Shown piece after piece: positions 29,301 to 38,848 of a DNA stretch of 64,000 nucleotides. A program made the position numbers and the translations under genes. Where the stretch lies: the NCBI GenBank assembly GCA_965249245.1, contig CBDFLV010000002.1, positions 134,057-198,056 on the forward strand, given 5' to 3'. Position 1 is the stretch's first letter. Each line of letters begins with the position of its first letter. Origin of the DNA: Acidobacteriota bacterium. GTDB taxonomy: Bacteria; Acidobacteriota; UBA6911; RPQK01; CBDAPI01. Under the pieces are notes generated by a model. That model was not told where the DNA came from. It ran no database searches and worked only from the letters and a program-made list of their open reading frames with translations.

Positions 29301-30310
29301 AGGCTGAGCACGACTTGATTGAATGGCTCCGCGGTCGCATTTCTGACCTTGCCGAACCGGAAATAGGAATTGGGGACGATGCGGCTGTGTTGACCCCGCC
29401 GCCCGGGCACCAGCTTGTCATTTCCACCGATGCACTCACCGAAGATGTTCATTTCAACCGGAGTCGGATACCCCCCTCAATTCTGGGCCGCAAGGCCCTG
29501 CTGGTGAACCTGAGCGACCTGGCGGCGATGGGCGCCCGGCCCTGGTTCTGTTTGCTGGCGTTGAGCCTTCCCGGGGACCTGGCGAGGTCCTCTTATTCTT
29601 CCGCTTTGCTGGACGGATTTCTGCAGGAGGCTCGACGCTGGGGTGTCGATCTGGTGGGAGGGAATCTGACCGGCAGCGCCGTTGTCCAGATCACCGTCAC
29701 CATCGGGGGAACGATCGAACAGGGACAGGCCGTCAGGAGAGACGGCTGCCGGAATGGAGATTCGCTCTATCTGGTGGGTCATCTGGGCCGCTCCTCCAGA
29801 GGCTTGCAGCTGTTGGGCGAACTCGACCTCGAAGCTGCGCCAACTCGGGAACAGGATCTTCTCGAACTTCTGGATGATCCCCATGACGTTCTTTGCCTTC
29901 TCAATCACCTGCTCCCGGCTCCTCATGTCAGGGCCGGCGTCTGGTTGAGGCAGCGAGGGCTGGCCAACTCGATGATTGATGTCAGCGACGGACTCGTCAC
30001 CGACCTTCAGCGACTCGCAGAAGCCAGCCGTGTCGAGATCATCATTCCTGGTCCGACTCTGGAATTGCTTCGGTCGGAGGGTGGTGAGAGAATGACCTGT
30101 GAGCATGTTTTAAACGGGGGAGAAGACTATGCCATCATTTTCAGCTGTTCTGATCGAGCAGGAAAGGACATCTGCCGGACCTTCCCTGAAAGATTTGGAA
30201 AGCTGCGCAGACTGGGGATGGCTCATAGATCCGAAAAGCCCTCTGTTCAGTTGGACGACGGAAGGGAAAGAACGATCTTGACCTCACAGGGATTCGACCA
30301 TTTCACGTGA
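29297..30310 (+). CDS. thiL: Thiamine-monophosphate kinase
   Basis: AIR-synthase-related fold; GDDAAVL...[12 protein letters not shown]. Confidence 0.85.
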   Translation: MKAEHDLIEWLRGRISDLAEPEIGIGDDAAVLTPPPGHQLVISTDALTEDVHFNRSRIPPSILGRKALLVNLSDLAAMGARPWFCLLALSLPGDLARSSYSSALLDGFLQEARRWGVDLVGGNLTGSAVVQITVTIGGTIEQGQAVRRDGCRNGDSLYLVGHLGRSSRGLQLLGELDLEAAPTREQDLLELLDDPHDVLCLLNHLLPAPHVRAGVWLRQRGLANSMIDVSDGLVTDLQRLAEASRVEIIIPGPTLELLRSEGGERMTCEHVLNGGEDYAIIFSCSDRAGKDICRTFPERFGKLRRLGMAHRSEKPSVQLDDGRERTILTSQGFDHFT

Positions 30311-30771
30311 AAGTTCTACGCCGAGTGGCCCAAACGCTGGCTAGCCAGCACGGGGGGGGGACAAAGGTGGCTCTTTCTTTCTCCCTCGGAGTTTTCTTTG
30401 GCTTTTCACCCTTTGTCGGACTGCACACCGTCATAGGTCTAGCGGCGGCAGTCCTGTTTCGGCTCAATAAGGTCGCGGTGCTCCTGGGTGTGTATTTGAA
30501 CAATCCGTGGGTCTTGGTCCCATACTACGCCTTTGCCACCTGGGTCGGGTTGCTGATCACGGGCATGCCGGCAGGAGTGGAACTCTCAAAGTATGGCGTG
30601 TCCGACATCTTGAGCCGGCACTTCTGGTTCTGGGTCGTTGCCCAGTGGCGCCTTTTGATACCGGCCGTCGTGGGTTCGACCCTTCTGTCCGTTCTTTTTG
30701 CCCTGGCTGCGTATCCGCTTTGCGTGTATGCCATCAGATGTTTCGGGGGGACACCGACCTCCGACGTCTAG
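30307..30771 (+). CDS. DUF2062-family membrane protein
   Basis: 154 aa, polytopic; matches the DUF2062 pattern (GVFFGFSPFVGLHTVIGLAAAVLFRLNK). Confidence 0.55.
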   Translation: MKVLRRVAQTLASQHGGGTKVALSFSLGVFFGFSPFVGLHTVIGLAAAVLFRLNKVAVLLGVYLNNPWVLVPYYAFATWVGLLITGMPAGVELSKYGVSDILSRHFWFWVVAQWRLLIPAVVGSTLLSVLFALAAYPLCVYAIRCFGGTPTSDV

Positions 30772-30773
30772 GG

Positions 30774-30829
30774 GATTGAAGATTGAAGATTGAAGATTGA
30801 AAATGATTCGCTTCGCTCATTGCGGTTCC
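30774..30829. repeat. Heptamer array (GATTGAA x4) followed by the conserved motif ATTCGCTTCGCTCATTGCGGTTCC
   Basis: gattgaagattgaagattgaagattgaaaatgattcgcttcgctcattgcggttcc. Confidence 0.8.
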
Positions 30830-30849
30830 AGGGCAGGGTCAACAATGGC

Positions 30850-32430
30850 TTGAAGAAAATCCGCCGCCTTCCTGCCATTGCAACCTTCTCAGGCTGGCTC
30901 GTTCTTTCTCCGTTCGTGGGGGCTGAATCGGCAGCTTTGCAGGACCTGAGTGCTCAGGTTCTGAGGCCCGGGGTCTCCACGCTCGCCAATATTCGGCTGC
31001 GAACGGACCGCCGGGTATTCGCTGTGATGGCGGCTCTCAATGTTGCCGGTTTTGCCGAACAGAGCAGCGGACAAGGAATGTCAACCGCGCGGAATCACCT
31101 GCTGGAGTGGACCCGGGATGTCGATGCAGATTTGCTCCAGCAACTTCGGGACTTCTACAAGTCCCATGACCCCCCGGCCAACCTCTTCCTCGAAAACCCG
31201 CAGTCAGCTTATCTGTCCCTTTCTCTCTGGTTGGGCCCTCCACCCGACTTCGAACTGGATGTAGACCCCGCCCATCTACCGCCCGACGCCTTGTTCGTGC
31301 GGGGCTTCGAGGAACTCGTTCGGCGCTTCTGGAAGGAAGCCAACCTGGCTGGACTGTGGGAAGTGATGGGACCCTTGCATCAAAGAGAAATCGAGCTCTA
31401 CCGCCCCCTCCTGGAGGGAATCGTCAAATCCGCACTCGAGTACTTTCGAGTGCCCCTGCGAGTGGTCCTGGGCAAAGAGATCATTCTCATCCCGGACCTT
31501 CTCGACGTCAAAGACATAGTCAATGCCCGCAACCTGGAGCGGCAGTACTTCGTGGTAGTGGGACCATCGGACGACCCTTCCGGCCAGCGGCGGCAACTGG
31601 AACACGAGTATCTTCATTTCCTCCTCGACAGCCTGATTCAGAAATACGGAGCCAGCCTGCTGGAGCACGAGGCACTGCTGGACCTGGCCCAACAGCAGCC
31701 AAACACGCGCCACGACTACCAGAATCAGTTCCTGCTGGTGGCCTCAGAGTCATTGATTGAGGCAGTTCACACCCGGCTGTCCCCTCCGTTGAGCCCTGAG
31801 GAGCTGGAAAACCGCCTGGTTGGACTCTTCAGACGAGGCTTGGTCCTGGCCCCCTACTTCTATCGCTCCCTGGAGGAATACGAGACCCTTCAGGAGCAGA
31901 CTCTTCCCGCTTTTCTGGAGACAATCATCGAGGATCTGGGAGAGGGCGCCATACACAAGGATGCCAAGGCCATCGAAGAGGTGGAGAAGCGTCGGAATGC
32001 AGACGCACTTCGCCTCCGAGAGGAAGACCGCGCCAGAGAAGAACAGGTGCTGCGTCACAATGAGTTTGTCACCCGATTCAATGAGGCCTCGAGGCTTCTG
32101 GCTGATGAACAGTTTGAGGCCGCCCGCACGCTGCTCCTGCAACTGAGCGAGGCCCGGCCCGAAGATGGAAAGATCTCGTTTTACCTCGGCCAGACTGCGT
32201 TTCAGCTCGACGACTACGATGGAGCTCTCGAGTACTATCGGCAGTCCAGTCTCGCTCCAGGACTCGAGCTCTGGCTGGTGGCCTGGTCGCGAGTTCGCAT
32301 GGGTCGAATCCACGCCTCGAGAGGTGAATTCGCCGAAGCCAGGAGGTTGTTCTCAGAGGTAACCACAATGGAAGGCGACCTGAGAGGGGCGGACCAGGAC
32401 GCGAGCCAGCTGCTCCTGCAACTGCCGTGA
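30850..32430 (+). CDS. Secreted hypothetical protein with an HExxH motif (HEYLH) and C-terminal TPR-like repeats
   Basis: Signal-like N-terminus LKKIRRLPAIATFSGWLVLSPFVGA, then LEHEYLHFLLD, then C-terminal TPR-like helices. The start is uncertain: the ORF-track start at 30790 lies inside the repeat array. Confidence 0.45.
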   Translation: MKKIRRLPAIATFSGWLVLSPFVGAESAALQDLSAQVLRPGVSTLANIRLRTDRRVFAVMAALNVAGFAEQSSGQGMSTARNHLLEWTRDVDADLLQQLRDFYKSHDPPANLFLENPQSAYLSLSLWLGPPPDFELDVDPAHLPPDALFVRGFEELVRRFWKEANLAGLWEVMGPLHQREIELYRPLLEGIVKSALEYFRVPLRVVLGKEIILIPDLLDVKDIVNARNLERQYFVVVGPSDDPSGQRRQLEHEYLHFLLDSLIQKYGASLLEHEALLDLAQQQPNTRHDYQNQFLLVASESLIEAVHTRLSPPLSPEELENRLVGLFRRGLVLAPYFYRSLEEYETLQEQTLPAFLETIIEDLGEGAIHKDAKAIEEVEKRRNADALRLREEDRAREEQVLRHNEFVTRFNEASRLLADEQFEAARTLLLQLSEARPEDGKISFYLGQTAFQLDDYDGALEYYRQSSLAPGLELWLVAWSRVRMGRIHASRGEFAEARRLFSEVTTMEGDLRGADQDASQLLLQLP

Positions 32431-32521
32431 CGAGCGCGATCCTTTTATGTAACAATTCAAGGGTCCGAAAGCAACCTGGCCGATTTCAGAAGGATCGGCG
32501 CCACCATTATGGAGCAATGGA

Positions 32522-33613
32522 ATGTGGCTAATATCGCATCTGTGGGTCGCAGGCCTTCTTGCAGTGCCATGGAGTGTTGCACAAGAAGCTGAGCCTGTAT
32601 CTCAAGAGCCTCAACCAGTAGAAATCCAACCAGCGCCTCAGCCCCCATCCGCTGGCCAGGAACAAGAGCCAGCGGAGGAAACTCCACAGGCTCCGGCCGA
32701 GCCTCAGAGAGTCATCGGTCAGGCTGGATCGCCGGAAGAGGCCACCGCTTTCAATGCCATGACGGCTGAGACCGACGAGGATCTCAAAATCTCCAAGGCG
32801 ACAGTGTTTCTCCGGACATTTCCTGACAGCGGGCTGACTCCGCTCGTCCACTCCGAGCTTGCCAAGATGTACCACCGGCGAGCTGAGGTGGACAACTTTC
32901 TGAAACACGGAGAAGAAGCGCTGAAAGAAATCCCCAACCTGGCGGATCTTCTGGGAACGATGTCGTTTTATTACGCGGAGACGGGGCAGCCTTTCAAGGC
33001 TGCCGAGTCAGCCACCAAAGCACTCGCGATTCTGGGCACGCTCGAGAAACCCGAGCAGCTGACACCATCAGAGTGGGCGACACACAAATTCTTCTTGAGT
33101 GGTGAGTCTCATTACGCGCTGGGACGAGTCCAGCTGGGGCGAGCCCAGTCCAGCAATTCGAATGGACCCGAAGACCTCGCGCTCCAGGAAGCCGTTAAGC
33201 ACTTTAAGCAAACCCTCGAAGCCAACCCGACCCAGGATTATGCCTCCTTCAGGCTGGCAGAGGCTTACGAGCGGCGGGGCGATATCGAGGACGTCTTGAG
33301 GATGTACGCCTGGACGGTCGCTATCGGAGGCAACATCGCCGGCCACGCACAGCAGCGCCTGGACCAACTCTACAAGGAACGACAAGAACTCACACCCATG
33401 GAGGAAGTCCTGGCAGAACAGAAACAGGCGATCGAAAAGGCCCAGCAGGAGCGTCAGCAACTTCTAGACCAGATTGAAGCTGAGAGTAGGCCGGCGGAGA
33501 GCACACCGGCCGAGAGCACGCCGGTGAAGATCACTCTGCCATCGACCTCTCCCCCTTCCCAGCCTCCCCAGGATGAACTGGGCGGGAAATCAGGAGCAAC
33601 TCCTCGCTCCTGA
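32522..33613 (+). CDS. Secreted TPR-repeat protein with Pro/Glu/Gln-rich segments
   Basis: Signal peptide LWVAGLLAVPWSVAQ, a PQPVEIQPAPQPP low-complexity stretch, and TPR-like repeats. Confidence 0.5.
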   Translation: MWLISHLWVAGLLAVPWSVAQEAEPVSQEPQPVEIQPAPQPPSAGQEQEPAEETPQAPAEPQRVIGQAGSPEEATAFNAMTAETDEDLKISKATVFLRTFPDSGLTPLVHSELAKMYHRRAEVDNFLKHGEEALKEIPNLADLLGTMSFYYAETGQPFKAAESATKALAILGTLEKPEQLTPSEWATHKFFLSGESHYALGRVQLGRAQSSNSNGPEDLALQEAVKHFKQTLEANPTQDYASFRLAEAYERRGDIEDVLRMYAWTVAIGGNIAGHAQQRLDQLYKERQELTPMEEVLAEQKQAIEKAQQERQQLLDQIEAESRPAESTPAESTPVKITLPSTSPPSQPPQDELGGKSGATPRS

Positions 33614-33641
33614 AACGGCCCGTCATTTTGAACCTATGGAG

Positions 33642-34403
33642 AGATCCAGATCTCTTGCGGCCCTGGAACGCCGCCTCAAGTACTCCTTTCGAAATCGCAA
33701 CCTGCTGTTGACAGCACTGACGCACGGGTCCTATCTGCACGACGCCCGCCGGCTTGAGGTTCACCCACAGGACTACCAGGCACTGGAGTTTCTCGGTGAC
33801 GCCGTGGTCGAGTTCCTGATCAGTGAACATCTGTTCGGTCGCTTCCCCAACAAAAGAGAAGGGGAACTCTCCAAGATCAGGGCATCACTGGTTTCACGCG
33901 AAGCTCTGGCCGGAAAGGCCGCTGAACTGGGTCTCGGCGACTTTGCAAGACTCAGCCGGGGAGAAGAGAAGTCGGGAGGCCGATATAAGCAGGCGATCCT
34001 GGCCGACCTCTTTGAAAGTGTGACGGCGGCTATTTACCTGGACGGAGGGGTCCAGGCAGCTCGCGACTTCGTTATGCTCGAACTCCAGGAAACAGTGAAC
34101 CAGATTGAGAGAAACGGGTTCACCCACTCGGATTTCAAATCGATGCTGCAGGAGATGGTCCACCGTCTGGGAAAGCAGGGTCCTGTCTATCAGCTGGTTT
34201 GCGAACAGGGGCCTCCTCACGAACGCCGTTTTTTCACCAACGTCCATGTTGGTGAAAAAGCGGTAGCCCGCGGGTCCGGCGCAAGCAAGAAAGCTTCCGA
34301 GCAGGCAGCGGCGCGAGCAGCCCTCCAACTGCTGGAAGGATCAGCTGGAACCGGCGAGCTGGGGGAAAAAATAGACCAGGAAAACGACCACGACGTCAAA
34401 TAG
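33642..34403 (+). CDS. rnc: Ribonuclease III
   Basis: RNase III signature ERLEFLGDAVV-type (QALEFLGDAVVEFLISEHLF) plus a C-terminal dsRBD. Confidence 0.9.
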   Translation, partial: RSRSLAALERRLKYSFRNRNLLLTALTHGSYLHDARRLEVHPQDYQALEFLGDAVVEFLISEHLFGRFPNKREGELSKIRASLVSREALAGKAAELGLGDFARLSRGEEKSGGRYKQAILADLFESVTAAIYLDGGVQAARDFVMLELQETVNQIERNGFTHSDFKSMLQEMVHRLGKQGPVYQLVCEQGPPHERRFFTNVHVGEKAVARGSGASKKASEQAAARAALQLLEGSAGTGELGEKIDQENDHDVK

Positions 34404-35090
34404 CGCATGGGCAACCATGGGAGCCTCCAGACGCTGTCTCTTCCAGTACAGCAACCCGAGTACCAGGCCCAGGAGACCCGCCTTGACAGCGTTGTCAGCC
34501 CCCTGGACGTTGTGCATCCACCCGAACGCGATACTCCAAAGGACGAGGCCCGGCAAAGCTCCCCCGAGATGATCTTCAAACCGGCTCAGGATGAAGGCCC
34601 GCTGCAATTCTTCCTTGATGCCCCCGACGAAGAGACTGGCGGCCAGGAAAATGACCAGATCCACCGGAGTGGCAATGAGCGCCAGCACCGGGTTCTCTTC
34701 GCTGACCCAGCCCGGGAGAAAAACTTGAAAGAGACGGCTCACCAGGAACATCAGCAGGAGGAGTCCAGGAAAGACCCATAGTCCCAGGCGGATTTCTCGC
34801 ACCCGGCCCCGTCGGCTCCATCCCAGGGACTTGAGCGTCCGGCCCCGCAAGAGTTGCATGCCCCAGAGGAAGCCAATCGTGCAGGATGCGTCGGCGAAAA
34901 GCAGCAGGCCCAGGACTCTCGAGTTGCTCATGGCTTCATCCAGTGAGACTCCCAGGAAAATCAGCAGTATTGGGCCGAGGATACCGGCGGCGGCGGCCAT
35001 AACGACTTCCGCCACAGCAAAGAGCCGAATGCTCAGGGTGTGGCCTGGCGATGAATGCAAAGTAGTTCCTTCTCCACTCGCAAGACTCAT
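34341..35090 (-). CDS. CPBP-family intramembrane glutamic endopeptidase (CAAX protease/Abi family)
   Basis: Motifs EELQRAF (EExxxR), FGWMH, and HALFDVV. Confidence 0.8.
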   Translation of the reverse strand: MSLASGEGTTLHSSPGHTLSIRLFAVAEVVMAAAAGILGPILLIFLGVSLDEAMSNSRVLGLLLFADASCTIGFLWGMQLLRGRTLKSLGWSRRGRVREIRLGLWVFPGLLLLMFLVSRLFQVFLPGWVSEENPVLALIATPVDLVIFLAASLFVGGIKEELQRAFILSRFEDHLGGALPGLVLWSIAFGWMHNVQGADNAVKAGLLGLVLGLLYWKRQRLEAPMVAHALFDVVVVFLVYFFPQLAGSS

Positions 35091-35624
35091 CCATAAAGGT
35101 TACTCTGTTCCAGCAAGAGAGGTAACCAGAAGTGAACAAACCGATCTCCGGAAAAGAGCAGGAAGCACCGGAAATCGCTGAGACCGACGAAGTACTGGAC
35201 TTCTACGAGTTCGAGGACGAGGAGTACCTGGCCGACGCTGAGGCCCCCACTCCCCCCTCAAGCCACTTATCCGCTCTTTGATCGCGTGACTTGGTGGGCC
35301 GTTGCAGTTGCACGGGGCGAGAATCTTGCGTACACTCTCCCTCGAAAACATTCAACTATCTGCGGCAGTCGTGCAACTGGCAAAGCGAGCGGCAGGTAAT
35401 TAGCAAGGTGGAGCGCAAGTATCTGCGCACGGTGGCCCAGGCGGTACTGGGAATGCGTATCGACTCTTTGAAGGCGAATTCCGACAAAGCTATCAGCGAG
35501 CGCTGCACATGAAGCGCGACGGAAGGGTAATGGTTAGGCCCTGGTTAAGGTGGCCGACAAAATACCTCAATTGGGTTCGGCACCATATTTCATCCTAGGC
35601 GGTTTTTTTAAGGGAGGCGAGAGA

Positions 35625-36863
35625 ATGCCCGGTTTAAAAGTTTGCTCCAGACTCTTGATTATTGTCCTTGCAGTGGCTGGCGCCGCCTGTGCAAATCGTC
35701 CTCCTACTCTAAATTGCGTGGCAGAGCCGCCGACAGCAACTGTAGGCGATCGAGTTCTCCTACAATCCAATGCTTCAGACCCGGACAAGAATGCCCGGCT
35801 GAGCTTTCGCTGGAGCTCGGAGGCAGGGACGCTGGAGTCACAGAATGAGACGGCGGTTTTTGACTCTACCGGGCTGGCGCCGGACAATTACACTGTTTCT
35901 CTGGAGGTCCACGACGAAATGCCAGGCCCCCCCCGTTCTTGGCTCTGTTACGGGCAACATAGTGCCAGCTGCGAGGTGCAGGTCGCTGTTGAAAAAAAGA
36001 AGCTCGCCCCAACGGTTGCCTGTGCTCCCGCCTCCGCGAGCGTCGTAGAGGGTGGATCGGTGACTTTGAGGGCTCGGGCTTCTGACCCCAATAATGATGC
36101 ACTGAGCTATGGATGGGCGGTGGACGCTCAGAGGATCTCGGCCGATCAGGAGTCCATCACATTTGGCAGCACGGGCCGCTCGATCGGAGCACATACTGCC
36201 ACGGTGACAGTAACAGACGTGGACGGATTGACCGCTCAATGCGACTTCAATGTCACCATCGCGCGTCAGCCCAATACAGACCCACGGTGTCGCTTGAGTC
36301 TAGACAAGACGACCGTCTATCAAGGTGGTTCTATTAGAGCCGCAGTCGAAGCTTCAGACAGCGGAGGTGACCCCCTCTCCTACGCTTGGAAGGTCGACGG
36401 TCGGAGCTCCCCCGGCACTACCGATTCGAAAGAGGTCGACACCGGCAGCATGGCGGGCGGAACCCACACCGTAACAGCCACTGTCCAGGATAATCGGGGA
36501 GGTAGCTGCACGACTAGCGGGACCTTTAAGGTGCGAGAGAAGATGACTCTACAGGTGGATAGACGCCTGGACAATGTTGCCAAGGCCCAGCTCGACGAGA
36601 TTGCCCTCAGGATGCAGCAGGGGCCAAGGCTGAGCGCCCGCATCACCGGACACACTGACGATCGCGGCAGCGAGAGCGCCAATCTGAGAGTGGGTAGCCG
36701 CCGGGCAGATGCGGTTCGGGACTACCTGGTCAAGCAGCACGGCATCGACGAAAGCCGCATCGAGACCCAGAGCTCGGGAGAAAGCCATCCCGTGGCGGAC
36801 AACCAGACCGAGGAAGGGCGCAAACAGAACCGGCGGGTCGAGATTGAGCTGTTCGTGGAGTGA
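35625..36863 (+). CDS. OmpA-family protein with three PKD/Ig-like repeats (paralog 1)
   Basis: Signal peptide; three repeats of the form P.V.C...V..G..V.L.A.ASDP..D.LSY.W; C-terminal OmpA domain RITGHTDDRGSESANLRVGSRRADAVRDYL...NRRVEIELF. GGGAGG ribosome-binding site 9 nt upstream. Confidence 0.8.
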   Translation: MPGLKVCSRLLIIVLAVAGAACANRPPTLNCVAEPPTATVGDRVLLQSNASDPDKNARLSFRWSSEAGTLESQNETAVFDSTGLAPDNYTVSLEVHDEMPGPPRSWLCYGQHSASCEVQVAVEKKKLAPTVACAPASASVVEGGSVTLRARASDPNNDALSYGWAVDAQRISADQESITFGSTGRSIGAHTATVTVTDVDGLTAQCDFNVTIARQPNTDPRCRLSLDKTTVYQGGSIRAAVEASDSGGDPLSYAWKVDGRSSPGTTDSKEVDTGSMAGGTHTVTATVQDNRGGSCTTSGTFKVREKMTLQVDRRLDNVAKAQLDEIALRMQQGPRLSARITGHTDDRGSESANLRVGSRRADAVRDYLVKQHGIDESRIETQSSGESHPVADNQTEEGRKQNRRVEIELFVE

Positions 36864-37052
36864 TTTAGAATCCACAAGCTGAGCGTAGACGATTCGGTTG
36901 GCTTGAGAATTCCTCTCGGAAGTCATTCGTTTTTCTGCGAGTTGCGGAAGACTCCTGAACTCCCCACGGATCCTGGCGACCAATCGCCGGTGGTGGGGAA
37001 GTCTGTGACACCGGCGCCTCCTGTAGGATTGAGCATCCCGGGAGGCGTTCCC

Positions 37053-38594
37053 ATGTTTCGTCCAGCGCGATTTGCGGCCATCCTTATCGTCCTGTGCCTG
37101 CTCTTTAGCTTCGGGTTCGGTCAGAAGTCGAAGGTCAAGCAGTTGACACCGACCATCAACGGTTCAACAGGGTTGTTCCATGTACCGGTGGCAGATACTT
37201 TACGCCGGGGAGAGTTCAGCTTCAGCGCCAAAGCTAACAAATTCAACCGCGAGCCCGGGGACATCGACATCACCAGATTTCCCGTCAGTTTCACAGCCGG
37301 GCTGCACGATCGAATCGAGTTCTTCGTCTCCTATGAGGTGTACAAGAGGGTGCATTCGGATGGGATCCAGCCCAACAGGATCTTACCCGGTGGCCAGCTC
37401 TTGCCGCCGACGCTATCCACCGGGCAGACAGGCTACTTCAATGACACTCCCTTCATGGATGTCGGCTTCGGTGACGGCACGGGGAATATGTGGCTGGGAT
37501 TCAAGTTCAACGTCCTTTCCGAGCGCAAGGGGGATCTCTTCTCCGCCGCACTCCAACCCCAGATCAGGCTCCACATGACGGATGATCGCCAACATTTGCT
37601 ACGGGGCCTCACACCGGGTCAGAACGATTACGGATTGGACTTCGTCCTGACCAAGAATTCTGGATGGGCCACAGTGACCACCAATCTGGGATTCATGGCC
37701 GCCAACGATTGGGCGAGAGCCGACAGGCTCAACTATTTCAATTGGGGAGTGGGCCTGGCGATTCCGGTGGGGTCCTTTCATCGGCTTCATATCATCGGTG
37801 AAGTGCTTGGTAATACGTACTTTGGTGACAGCAAGACCGCTGAGATCAGCCCCAAGAATCCGGCTGACGTATACGGCGGGTTAAGGTACTTCCCAACACC
37901 AGCAATCGCCATTGGGGGAGCGTATGGAAACTACCACGGGGCGGGAGGTGTGAACGATCAGCCCAGAGGACAGGGCTGGTTTGCTGAGATTTCCTTCCAC
38001 CGGAGAATCAACGAGCCTCCCACCGTCACCTGCGCCGTTTCACCGTCAGCCATCACTCCCGGCCAGACTTCCACGGTCACTCTGGAACTTGATGATCCGG
38101 ATGATGACGAGTTGACGGTCACCTGGAAATCCACCGGCGGGCAGCTCGACCAGCAGGGTGGGTCGGCCGTCTTCCATGCTTCGGGAGCGGATCCGGGCAA
38201 TTACACCGTGATCGCCGAGGTGACGGACGGCGACGGCGTCGCTATCTGCTCGGCTGACATCACAGTGAACAAAGACAAGAAGCCTCCAGTAGTGAGGTGC
38301 CAGCCGGGCACCACCACCGTTACGGTCGGTGGATCCACGACCCTCGGGGCAAATGCCGGCGATCCAAATGGAGATGCTCTGACTTATGCCTGGAGCGTAA
38401 ACGGTCTGTCGGTGCCCAACAATAGTCCATCTTTTGAATTTGGGACGGCCGGTCGCGACCCGGGCTCCTTTGTTGTCCGGGTGACGGTAACTGACGTGGA
38501 TGGCATGAGCGCCAGCTGCGAGCACCGGGTCACAGCGACACGCCGACCCAACAACAACCCCGACTGCGGCTCTGTAAGCCCGAGCAAGCGATGA
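37053..38594 (+). CDS. Outer-membrane beta-barrel-like domain plus PKD/Ig-like repeats (paralog 2); the OmpA domain is disrupted
   Basis: Signal peptide MFRPARFAAILIVLCLLFSFGFG and two PKD-like repeats (DDPDDDELTVTWKSTGG; GDPNGDALTYAWSVNG). The frame ends at 38594 just before the OmpA-domain remnant. Confidence 0.65.
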   Translation: MFRPARFAAILIVLCLLFSFGFGQKSKVKQLTPTINGSTGLFHVPVADTLRRGEFSFSAKANKFNREPGDIDITRFPVSFTAGLHDRIEFFVSYEVYKRVHSDGIQPNRILPGGQLLPPTLSTGQTGYFNDTPFMDVGFGDGTGNMWLGFKFNVLSERKGDLFSAALQPQIRLHMTDDRQHLLRGLTPGQNDYGLDFVLTKNSGWATVTTNLGFMAANDWARADRLNYFNWGVGLAIPVGSFHRLHIIGEVLGNTYFGDSKTAEISPKNPADVYGGLRYFPTPAIAIGGAYGNYHGAGGVNDQPRGQGWFAEISFHRRINEPPTVTCAVSPSAITPGQTSTVTLELDDPDDDELTVTWKSTGGQLDQQGGSAVFHASGADPGNYTVIAEVTDGDGVAICSADITVNKDKKPPVVRCQPGTTTVTVGGSTTLGANAGDPNGDALTYAWSVNGLSVPNNSPSFEFGTAGRDPGSFVVRVTVTDVDGMSASCEHRVTATRRPNNNPDCGSVSPSKR

Positions 38595-38790
38595 TCGGGG
38601 TAGCGAGAGTGCAAACCAGCCTCTGCGCCGGGCTGAGGCTCTCAAGGACTACCTGGTGAAGGAACGAGGCATCCATCCTGGTCGGATCGAGACAGCCAGT
38701 GCCGGGGAGTCACAGCCGTTCTCGGACAACGATACAGCGGAGGGGCGCAAAGCCAATCGTCGCGGCGAGGTTGAGCTACAAGTGCGTTAG
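38593..38790 (+). pseudogene. Out-of-frame OmpA C-terminal domain remnant belonging to paralog 2
   Basis: The +1 frame encodes DDRGSESANQPLRRAEALKDYLVKERGIHPGRIETASAGESQPFSDNDTAEGRKANRRGEVELQVR. This is colinear with the tail of paralog 1 but lacks about 40 residues of the N-terminal half of the OmpA domain. Confidence 0.6.
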
Positions 38791-38807
38791 TCGCGGGGGA
38801 AGTACTA

Positions 38808-38846
38808 GAATAGAGCGGGGCCTTGGAAGGCCACGGCTCTTTTTTC
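38808..38846 (+). terminator. Putative rho-independent terminator
   Basis: GC-rich hairpin GGCCTTggAAGGCC followed by ACGGCTCTTTTTTCG, just before the next start codon. Confidence 0.35.
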
Positions 38847-38848
38847 GT

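Noticed and set aside
30790-30849. ORF-track start MKIENDSLRSLRFQ for the HExxH/TPR protein.
   Set aside because: These codons are generated by the GATTGAA array and the conserved motif. A downstream start before the signal peptide is more plausible.
38699-38848. ORF-track N-terminal extension of the BNR protein.
   Set aside because: It overlaps the OmpA-domain remnant in another frame and precedes a terminator-like hairpin. The signal peptide begins at the ATG at 38849.
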